A stretch of DNA of 16,000 bases, taken from Yersinia pestis (GTDB lineage Bacteria > Pseudomonadota > Gammaproteobacteria > Enterobacterales > Enterobacteriaceae). Position numbers and translations under genes: made by a program. Shown here piece after piece: positions 1 to 9,199 of the stretch. Numbering within the stretch: position 1 is the stretch's first letter; the number at the start of each line of letters is the position of its first letter. The stretch lies in contig NZ_UAVH01000001.1 of NCBI RefSeq assembly GCF_900460465.1, positions 1,073,992 to 1,089,991 on the forward strand. Direction: 5' to 3'. The notes beneath the pieces are model-generated. The model was given only the letters and a program-made list of their open reading frames with translations. It searched no databases and was not told where the DNA came from.

Positions 1-1
1 T

Positions 2-1057
2 GGGGTTCAGGGGAAAGATAAGCTGGATGTCCCGATCAAATTTATTTGGAACTACGCCAGTAACTGTTTGGTGAATCAACATTCTGAAATCAATCGCACC
101 CATGACATTCTGCAAGACGATAAGAAATGCGAAATGATTGTGGTCATTGATAACCACATGACCTCGTCGGCTGAATATGCCGATATTATCCTGCCAGACT
201 GTACCGCTTCCGAGCAGATGGACTTCTGTCTGGATGCCTCCAGCGGCAATATGGCCTATGTCATTTTTGCTGATCAGGTGATTAAACCGCGTTTTGAGTG
301 CAAAAATATTTATGACATCACCAGTGGATTGGCAAGACACATGGGGGTCGAGCAGAAGTTTACCGAAGGGCGAACGCAAGAAGAGTGGATGCGCCACCTC
401 TATCAGCAATCGCAAGCTGCAATCCCTGAACTGCCTTCTTTCGAGGATTTCCGCGCTCAGGGCATGTTTAAAAAACGAGACCCGGCAGGCCATCACGTTG
501 CCTATCACGATTTCCGCACCGATCCGGTTGCTAACCCACTGAGTACCCCATCAGGCAAAATTGAGATCTATTCTGCGGCGCTGGCCGAGATTGCCGCGAC
601 TTGGGAACTGCAAAAAGATGATGTTATCGATCCGTTGCCCGTGTATGCCGCCGGTTTTGAAAGCCATGTTGATCCACTGATTGAACAGTATCCGTTGCAA
701 TTAACCGGCTTCCACTACAAGGCCAGAACCCACTCCACCTACGGTAACGTAGATGTGTTGAAAGCCTCCTGTCTTCAGGAGATGTGGATTAACCCGATGG
801 ATGCTGAACGGCGAGGGATCAGCAATGGCGATATGGTGCGGATCTTCAATGGCCGTGGTGAAGTACAGATTAATGCCAAAGTCACTCCGCGCATGATGCC
901 GGGGGTTGTCGCTTTGGGTGAGGGGGCGTGGTACAGCCCCGATGCGAAGCGTATTGATCGGGCGGGCAGTATCAACGTATTGACCACCCAGCGCCCCTCC
1001 CCGTTGGCGAAAGGGAACCCATCCCACACCAACCTCGTTCAAGTCGCCAAGGCATAA
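2..1057 (+). CDS. dmsA: DMSO reductase catalytic (molybdopterin) subunit DmsA, C-terminal part; 5' end lies outside the window
   Basis: Frame 2 is open from the window edge (GVQGKDKLDVPIKFIWNYASNC...) to TAA at 1055-1057, so the track start at 68 is only an in-frame TTG. The translation is nearly collinear with the C-terminal third of E. coli DmsA as I remember it (NQHSEINRTH, LPDCTASEQMDF, TPSGKIEIYS, YPLQLTGFHYK, QRPSPLAKGNPSHTNLVQV). It is followed by dmsB and dmsC. Confidence 0.95.
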   Translation, partial: GVQGKDKLDVPIKFIWNYASNCLVNQHSEINRTHDILQDDKKCEMIVVIDNHMTSSAEYADIILPDCTASEQMDFCLDASSGNMAYVIFADQVIKPRFECKNIYDITSGLARHMGVEQKFTEGRTQEEWMRHLYQQSQAAIPELPSFEDFRAQGMFKKRDPAGHHVAYHDFRTDPVANPLSTPSGKIEIYSAALAEIAATWELQKDDVIDPLPVYAAGFESHVDPLIEQYPLQLTGFHYKARTHSTYGNVDVLKASCLQEMWINPMDAERRGISNGDMVRIFNGRGEVQINAKVTPRMMPGVVALGEGAWYSPDAKRIDRAGSINVLTTQRPSPLAKGNPSHTNLVQVAKA

Positions 1058-1068
1058 GGAGCTGACTG

Positions 1069-1686
1069 ATGACAACGCAATATGGTTTTTACATCGACTC
1101 CAGCCGTTGTACAGGGTGTAAAACGTGCGAGTTGGCCTGCAAAGACTTTAAAAATCTCTCACCGGATGTCAGCTTTAGACGTATTTACGAATACGCTGGC
1201 GGTGATTGGCAGCAGGATAACGGGACATGGCACCAGAATGTGTTCGCTTACTACCTGTCTATCGCCTGTAACCACTGTAGTGACCCCGCCTGTACTAAGG
1301 TGTGTCCGAGTGGTGCTATGCATAAGCGTGATGATGGTTTTGTGGTGGTTAACGAAGATATCTGCATCGGTTGCCGCTACTGCCATATGGCCTGCCCTTA
1401 CGGTGCGCCGCAATATGATGCTGAAAAAGGGCACATGACCAAGTGCGACGGTTGTTACGAACGGGTGGCGGTAGGGAAGAAACCTATCTGTGTCGATTCC
1501 TGTCCACTGCGTGCATTGGATATGGCCCCTATCGATGAATTACGCGAAAAATACGGTGATTTAGCTGAAATTGCGCCTCTGCCTGCCGCTCACTTCACGC
1601 TGCCGAATATCGTACTAAAACCTAATGCCAACAGCCGCCCGGTCAGAGATACCACCGGTCATCTGGCAAACCCGAAGGAGGTATAA
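1069..1686 (+). CDS. dmsB: DMSO reductase iron-sulfur subunit DmsB (4x[4Fe-4S] ferredoxin-type)
   Basis: AAGGAG lies about 8 nt upstream of the ATG. Cys clusters are CTGCKTCELAC, CNHCSDPACTKVC, CIGCRYCHMAC and CDGC...C..SC. It is 205 aa and sits in the dmsA-B-C order. Confidence 0.95.
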   Translation: MTTQYGFYIDSSRCTGCKTCELACKDFKNLSPDVSFRRIYEYAGGDWQQDNGTWHQNVFAYYLSIACNHCSDPACTKVCPSGAMHKRDDGFVVVNEDICIGCRYCHMACPYGAPQYDAEKGHMTKCDGCYERVAVGKKPICVDSCPLRALDMAPIDELREKYGDLAEIAPLPAAHFTLPNIVLKPNANSRPVRDTTGHLANPKEV

Positions 1687-1687
1687 C

Positions 1688-2548
1688 ATGGGCTCAGGAT
1701 GGCATGAATGGCCACTAATGGTCTTTACCGTACTGGGGCAGTGTGTGGTCGGGGGCTTTATTGTTCTCGGTCTGGCACTGATATTCGGTGGTTTGAGTCG
1801 CGGGCAACAACAGCGGGTTCACCGCAGCATGTTTGTGCTTTGGGTGCTGATGGCACTGGCTTTTATCGCCTCTACACTGCATTTAGGTTCGCCAATGCGG
1901 GCGTTCAACTCATTGAATCGGATCGGTGAATCTGCACTGAGTAATGAGATTGCCGCCGGTTCGTTGTTCTTTGCTGTAGCCGGTTTTTACTGGTTGTTGG
2001 CGGTGTTGGATAAAATGCCTGCCGCGCTTGGTAAGATCTGGCTGGTGGTGGCAATGGTGTTGGGCGTGATCTTTGTCTACGCCATGTGCCGGGTCTACTC
2101 CATTAATACGGTACCGACGTGGGACAGTATTTATACCCCGCTGGGCTTTGTCCTGACCACGTTGATCGGTGGCCCGCTATTGGGTTATCTGTTGCTGCAA
2201 TTGGCTGATGTTAATGGGCGGGCGATGTTACAACTGCCGATGATCAGCGTATTGGCACTGATCATCAGTGTGGCCAGTGTCATTATGCAGGCGGCCAGTT
2301 TGCCGCTGATTTATAGCTCGGTACAGCAAGCTTCAGCGCTGATCCCCGACTATGGCTCATTGATGGTATGGCGGTTAGTGCTGCTGGTGTTGGGGCTTGG
2401 CTGCTGGATTTGCCCGTTGATCAGAGGCCGTCGCCCGATGACGCTGGTGATGGTCTTGGGCACGTTACTGGTTATTGCCGGTGAGTTGATTGGCCGTGGG
2501 GTGTTCTACGGGTTACATATGACGGTCGGTATGGCGGTTGGGGGCTAA
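1688..2548 (+). CDS. dmsC: DMSO reductase membrane anchor subunit DmsC
   Basis: The ATG at 1688 follows AAGGAG (1675-1680) and lies 1 nt after the dmsB stop. MGSGWHEWPLM... matches the E. coli DmsC N-terminus from memory. The protein is hydrophobic with multiple TM segments and ends ...GRGVFYGLHMTVGMAVGG. The track start at 1625 would overlap dmsB by 62 nt and has no SD. Confidence 0.9.
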   Translation: MGSGWHEWPLMVFTVLGQCVVGGFIVLGLALIFGGLSRGQQQRVHRSMFVLWVLMALAFIASTLHLGSPMRAFNSLNRIGESALSNEIAAGSLFFAVAGFYWLLAVLDKMPAALGKIWLVVAMVLGVIFVYAMCRVYSINTVPTWDSIYTPLGFVLTTLIGGPLLGYLLLQLADVNGRAMLQLPMISVLALIISVASVIMQAASLPLIYSSVQQASALIPDYGSLMVWRLVLLVLGLGCWICPLIRGRRPMTLVMVLGTLLVIAGELIGRGVFYGLHMTVGMAVGG

Positions 2549-2572
2549 TCTCCAGACGGCGGTGACACTTTG

Positions 2573-2599
2573 GCTATTCTGGGGAGCGCCCAGAATAGC
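2573..2599 (+). terminator. Stem-loop 25 nt after the dmsC stop (11-bp perfect stem, 5-nt loop) followed by TTTG; possible partial terminator or attenuator before dmsD
   Basis: GCTATTCTGGG (2573-2583) pairs with CCCAGAATAGC (2589-2599). The downstream tract is TTTGCTCTG, which is only weakly U-rich. Confidence 0.4.
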
Positions 2600-2665
2600 T
2601 TTGCTCTGCCTCATGGCGTGCTAAAACCACGGTCATACAGGGCTGAACAACATGATCATAACAAT

Positions 2666-2693
2666 ATGGTCGTAAGAAAATGGTCGTAAGAAA
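2666..2693. repeat. Perfect 14-bp tandem duplication ATGGTCGTAAGAAA x2 abutting the dmsD start codon
   Basis: Unit 1 is 2666-2679 and unit 2 is 2680-2693. The next three bases (2694-2696) are again ATG, the annotated dmsD start. Each unit starts with ATG, which creates two tiny uORFs (MVVRKWS* and MVVRK*). Confidence 0.9.
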
Positions 2694-3404
2694 ATGATTA
2701 AAACAGATATGACTTATCAAGACATTGTTTATAAAGATACTGTTTATCAAGACAGTGTTTATCAAAAAATCGGACTAACGGGGCGAGTGCTAGGTGCGCT
2801 TTTTTATTGTGAGCCGGATAGCGCGGAGTGCCGCGATATTGTGGTGCAATTGCGTAATGGCACGTGGGCCGCTGAATGGCCTTATGGTGGTGCAGACGAA
2901 CTAATGCCGATTGCGACATTATTGGCGGCAGCTCAATCAGATCAGTATCAATCCATTGCTCATCAATCAGCGGCAGCCCCATTAGCAGAAACATTGGAAG
3001 AGGCTTGGCAGCGGCTGTTTATTGGTCCATATGCCTTGCCAGCGCCGCCTTGGGGCTCCGTTTATCTGGATAAAGACATGGTGCTGTTTGGCGACTCCAC
3101 ACTAAAACTGCGTAACTGGATGCAGCAGCGGCATGTTGAAGTCACATTGAAACAGCAGGAGCCTGAAGATCATTTCGGTTTATTGATGATGATGGCGGCC
3201 TGGTTGGCAGAACATCAGCCGGTCGATCTCCCGGTTTTGTTAGCTGATCACTTATTACCCTGGAGTTATCGTTATCTGGCGTTGTTGCAATCCGATGCAG
3301 GCCACCCGTTTTATCAAGGGTTGGCACAGTTGACCACCCTGACCTTGGCCCATTGGCAACATGAATTGCAAGTGACACCGGCTGGGGTTGAGTTATATCG
3401 CTAA
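2694..3404 (+). CDS. dmsD: Tat proofreading chaperone DmsD (TorD family); start codon uncertain
   Basis: RVLGALFY..., WQRLFIGPYALPAPPWGSVYLDKDMVLFGDSTLKLRNWM, QEPEDHFGLLMMMAAWLAE and HPFYQGLAQLTTLTLAHWQ are collinear with E. coli DmsD from memory. There is no convincing SD before 2694 or before the in-frame ATG at 2709. The N-terminus is extended by an internal repeat. Confidence 0.8.
   Translation: MIKTDMTYQDIVYKDTVYQDSVYQKIGLTGRVLGALFYCEPDSAECRDIVVQLRNGTWAAEWPYGGADELMPIATLLAAAQSDQYQSIAHQSAAAPLAETLEEAWQRLFIGPYALPAPPWGSVYLDKDMVLFGDSTLKLRNWMQQRHVEVTLKQQEPEDHFGLLMMMAAWLAEHQPVDLPVLLADHLLPWSYRYLALLQSDAGHPFYQGLAQLTTLTLAHWQHELQVTPAGVELYR
2715..2768 (+). repeat. In-frame 15-nt tandem repeat (about 3.6 copies) inside the 5' end of dmsD, encoding YQDIV-YKDTV-YQDSV-YQK
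   Basis: TATCAAGACATTGTT (2715-2729), TATAAAGATACTGTT (2730-2744), TATCAAGACAGTGTT (2745-2759), TATCAAAAA (2760-2768). Confidence 0.9.
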
Positions 3405-3440
3405 ATCTGAACTTATTTATTTCAACCTGAACTTATTTAT
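3405..3440. repeat. Direct repeat CTGAACTTATTTAT x2 with a 20-bp period, immediately after the dmsD stop
   Basis: Identical 14-mers at 3407-3420 and 3427-3440 are separated by TTCAAC. Confidence 0.85.
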
Positions 3441-3608
3441 GTGATAACCCGCGTGATTTTTTACCGATATTACCGGTCAGGCTAATCAGTGAATCAAGGG
3501 GGAGCCGGTTTTTTGATTGGCATCTTCAGAAACGCCAAGGCGTGATACGGGTAATCATGTGGCTGCGCCCGCTGGCTGTATTCTTTAACTGGTTGCATTC
3601 TTTAAAAT

Positions 3609-3626
3609 GTCCCGCAAACGCGGGAC
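3609..3626 (-). terminator. Probable rho-independent terminator of cybB (minus strand)
   Basis: GTCCCGC-AAAC-GCGGGAC is a perfect 7-bp GC-rich stem. On the minus strand it is followed by ATTTTAAAG and lies 35 nt downstream of the cybB stop. Confidence 0.55.
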
Positions 3627-3644
3627 AAAGAGAAACGGAACAAT

Positions 3645-3676
3645 TTAACCTCTCTTCTTCTTAACCTCTCTTCTTC
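3645..3676. repeat. Perfect 16-bp tandem duplication TTAACCTCTCTTCTTC x2 spanning the cybB stop codon
   Basis: The copies are 3645-3660 and 3661-3676. On the minus strand this reads ...AAG AAG AGA GGT TAA | GAAGAAGAGAGGTTAA. The last 4 codons plus the stop are therefore repeated just 3' of the gene. Confidence 0.9.
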
Positions 3677-4191
3677 GGCATCATGCGCAAGAGAGTATTA
3701 TCTTTCAAAACGTAATGATGCAGTAAGGCCGCAAGAGCATGAAGGCCAATAACAAAATAGCTCATATTGGCCAGCAATAGGTGATACGCCTTTAATGTAT
3801 CCGCCAGATCAAAATTCGCCTGCTCGGCATGGGGCATGATCAGACCAAAGGCTATCCACGAGCTTCCGCGACAGTAAAGTATGGCGATACCGATGATAGG
3901 CAACGCGATAAACAGTAAGTAGATAACCCAATGCCCTACATGCGCCAACCCTACTATCATAGGACTAGGCTTCGGTACTATTGGTGGTGTCGGGTACCTC
4001 AGTTGTATCAATATCCTTGTCATCATCAACACCAGGATGGCGATCCCACAGGAAAAGTGGATCATCTTCATCCAGGGCTGATAGCTACGAGGTGCAAACC
4101 CGCGCAACTCTATGGAGCTCCAGGCGATAATGACCAGCAATAGGACTAGCCAATGAATACCTATTTGCAGGCAGGAATACTTCTTGTGCAT
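3661..4191 (-). CDS. cybB: Cytochrome b561 (CybB family, di-haem membrane protein)
   Basis: MHKKYSCLQIGIHWLV..., RYPTPPIVPKPSPM, GLAHVGHWVIYLLFIALP and HHYVLKDNTLLRMMPKKRG parallel E. coli CybB from memory. Starting at the ATG at 4189-4191 (AGGAAA 5 nt upstream) gives 176 aa, like E. coli. The track start at 4224 is an upstream in-frame GTG. Confidence 0.9.
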   Translation of the reverse strand: MHKKYSCLQIGIHWLVLLLVIIAWSSIELRGFAPRSYQPWMKMIHFSCGIAILVLMMTRILIQLRYPTPPIVPKPSPMIVGLAHVGHWVIYLLFIALPIIGIAILYCRGSSWIAFGLIMPHAEQANFDLADTLKAYHLLLANMSYFVIGLHALAALLHHYVLKDNTLLRMMPKKRG

Positions 4192-4338
4192 ATGTTTTCC
4201 TGAAATATACCCGTCGCCCTTCACGATGCAGGGGGTTAGCTGCCTACCTGCATCTTGAAGTCACTTGGGTATATAATTATTTTATATAAATACCTGTCTG
4301 GAGATATATTCAATACTCCTCTATGAATTAATAAAATT

Positions 4339-4722
4339 TTAACGATATCTACTATGATAGGTATTACGAATGTTGATTACTTCCCCAACCGATTTTTTTA
4401 CCTCCTGAATATTTCCTTCTTCCGCCCATTGTTTGGTTTTGTCTATTTGTTCTATTAGTAGATCAAAACCATGCCGATAGTCTTTTATTTCCGGACTGTC
4501 CTCGGCTTTCCCTTCAAGCTTGGGTGGAATGGCTTTTTGAGCATCAAGGGCGGCATTACGCATTTTTTCCAGTGATGAGGTAATGACCTTTGTATCGGTT
4601 GATGAACTTACAATGCCCAAATTGGCTATCAGAATATTCATATCATCCTGAAGGCTCGCGGCAAAAGTACAACTTGTGATGAGTAATGAGAAAACGCCCG
4701 CAATTATTGGAATTTTTCGCAT
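4339..4722 (-). CDS. cybC: Soluble periplasmic cytochrome b562 precursor
   Basis: A signal peptide MRKIPIIAGVFSLLITSCTFA|A is followed by the four-helix-bundle b562 pattern. This includes AALDAQKAIPPKLE, DSPEIKDYRHGFDLL and the C-terminal RNTYHSRYR (E. coli: RNAYHQKYR). The haem ligands Met (DDMNIL) and His (YHSRY) are conserved. AAGAGG lies 8 nt upstream. Confidence 0.9.
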   Translation of the reverse strand: MRKIPIIAGVFSLLITSCTFAASLQDDMNILIANLGIVSSSTDTKVITSSLEKMRNAALDAQKAIPPKLEGKAEDSPEIKDYRHGFDLLIEQIDKTKQWAEEGNIQEVKKSVGEVINIRNTYHSRYR

Positions 4723-4760
4723 TATCGTTACCTCTTATTATTATGATTTTCTTCTCTTAT

Positions 4761-4796
4761 AAATAGAGGGGGGAAGATAAATCCTCCCCTCTATTT
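4761..4796 (-). other. Strong intercistronic stem-loop between katY and cybC (11-bp perfect stem, 14-nt loop), without a U-tract
   Basis: AAATAGAGGGG (4761-4771) pairs with CCCCTCTATTT (4786-4796). It starts 3 nt after the katY stop on the minus strand and is followed by ATAAGAGAAG rather than a T-run. Confidence 0.6.
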
Positions 4797-4798
4797 AG

Positions 4799-7078
<2,280 letters not shown>

Positions 7079-7273
7079 TTAGTCCTATTAATATGATAGA
7101 TTCTATCTATTATTGATAAGGGATATATAGGATTGATGGCCTGCGAATATTGCGTTAAATAATGGTTACATGGGCAGTTTCTAAGAGGGAATAACCACGT
7201 CTGACAATGATGCTGATCGAATCGCGAGAATAGAAGAAGATAGGTTTCTATAAATAACGCTGTGTCACTGCCG

Positions 7274-7411
7274 CTATATTAATTCAAGGTGTTCGCTCAT
7301 ACGGCACGAAGATAAAATGCCCCTTACCCACTGCCCATTCTGGATCGGCAGGCTTTCTTTTTCGCTCCACCCCCGCGAGTCACTGTAAAAGTGCGTTTGT
7401 TTCTGAGACAT
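7274..7411 (-). CDS. Candidate 45-aa small ORF in the katY / ABC-operon divergent intergenic region (unknown function; may not be real)
   Basis: ATG at 7409-7411 is preceded on the minus strand by TAAGGGAGAGGGG (a strong SD-like purine run) and the stop is TAG at 7274-7276. The peptide is MSQKQTHFYSDSRGWSEKESLPIQNGQWVRGILSSCRMSEHLELI. I recognise no homologue. Confidence 0.25.
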   Translation of the reverse strand: MSQKQTHFYSDSRGWSEKESLPIQNGQWVRGILSSCRMSEHLELI

Positions 7412-7481
7412 CCCCTCTCCCTTATCGACTAATTTGTGACCGACTTCTACTTTCCTTGCTCTGACATTGGACAAGGCGTAG

Positions 7482-8489
<1,008 letters not shown>

Positions 8490-8546
8490 CCGCTACAGGC
8501 GTGTTCGCTAAAGCCAGTGCGATAAAACATCCGCTTTAGCCGTAAT

Positions 8547-8566
8547 GAGGGGCGACATCGCCCCTC
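8547..8566 (+). terminator. GC-rich stem-loop after the binding-protein gene (8-bp perfect stem, 4-nt loop) followed by CTTTC; likely an intra-operon attenuator or 3'-end stabiliser
   Basis: GAGGGGCG (8547-8554)-ACAT-CGCCCCTC (8559-8566). It is followed directly by CTTTCAGGAGGCATT-ATG, so it abuts the SD (AGGAGG) of the next gene. Confidence 0.5.
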
Positions 8567-8581
8567 CTTTCAGGAGGCATT

Positions 8582-9199
8582 ATGAGGTTCCGTGCGATAT
8601 CGAAAGCAGGCGCTTTGCTGATGATCAGTGCTGTACTGGTGGCGTGCACCGTCGTGGATTTGGATGAAAATGGCAAACCGATCCTGCCGGTCGATCCGAA
8701 CGCGGTGGTCAGTGACTATAACCAGACGCCAGATAAAGTGGCGGCCACCATTTGGGCGAAAAATGTCATGCCATTTGCCAACAGCAACGCCATCAGTTGG
8801 CAAGAGGTGAAACAACAGCAAAGCCAGCCTGCGGTCGGGAAAAATAACCAAAGCCGCTTTGTCCGCTTTACCGGCAAGGTCGTGGCAGTAGAAACCGAAG
8901 GACGGGAAGGGCTGATTCGTTTGGCTATCGACGGTGATGAACAGGTCTTGCAATTGGGGCCAATTGTCAAAGGTAATGCTATTCGCGATGCCTCCACCTT
9001 TATCCGCTTTGACGATTTTAAAAACCAGGTGCAATACGCCCAACTTGCCAAGGCATTAAGTCTGCGTGCGTTGCAGGAGGTGGCCAAACCTGATGCCAGT
9101 TGGATTGGGCAGCAGGTTGAGGTACTGGCGGCAGTCACATTGACACCAACCAGCCTGAGCAATGGTGTGCCACTGAGTTTGAATAAGGAGAGCCACTGA
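8582..9199 (+). CDS. Predicted lipoprotein of unknown function embedded in the ABC operon (DUF2291-like by size and context; family assignment not verified)
   Basis: AGGAGG lies 5 nt upstream. The N-terminus MRFRAISKAGALLMISAVLVAC has the lipobox L-V-A-C (Cys22). The remainder has no TM segment. The stop overlaps the ATPase start (TGATG, 9197-9201). Confidence 0.75.
   Translation: MRFRAISKAGALLMISAVLVACTVVDLDENGKPILPVDPNAVVSDYNQTPDKVAATIWAKNVMPFANSNAISWQEVKQQQSQPAVGKNNQSRFVRFTGKVVAVETEGREGLIRLAIDGDEQVLQLGPIVKGNAIRDASTFIRFDDFKNQVQYAQLAKALSLRALQEVAKPDASWIGQQVEVLAAVTLTPTSLSNGVPLSLNKESH

Noticed and set aside
68-1686. Alternative-frame ORFs inside dmsA/dmsB (294-542, 701-1075, 775-1032, 1082-1438, 1159-1434), the upstream in-frame start at 1625 for dmsC, and 1708-1929 inside dmsC
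   Set aside because: The DmsA, DmsB and DmsC frames are confirmed by strong family similarity. The 1625 start would overlap dmsB by 62 nt and ignores the AAGGAG-ATG at 1688.
2574-3378. Minus-strand ORFs 2574-2765, 2698-2994 and 3142-3378, and plus-strand 2876-3073
   Set aside because: They overlap dmsD or its leader in other frames. The 2574-2765 translation (INSIFINNVLISHI) merely mirrors the tandem repeats.
3472-3514. Possible dmsD terminator (ACCGG...CCGG followed by TTTTTT at 3509-3514)
   Set aside because: The stem is only 5-7 bp with a large loop or bulge. The T-run is suggestive, but the structure is too weak to call.
3488-3560. Second ERIC-like stretch (AGTGAATCAAGGGGGAGCC ... GAAACGCCAAGGCG..TGATACGGGTAAT) in the dmsD/cybB intergenic region
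   Set aside because: Only the terminal heptamer and two short central blocks resemble my remembered consensus. The GTGACTGGGGTGAGCG block and the right terminal repeat are missing. I cannot tell this from chance without a computed alignment.
2666-3676. Whether the clustered repeats could be a CRISPR array
   Set aside because: The units are short (14-20 bp), directly adjacent or only 6 bp apart, and present in only two to four copies. There are no unique 30-40-bp spacers, and no cas genes are present.
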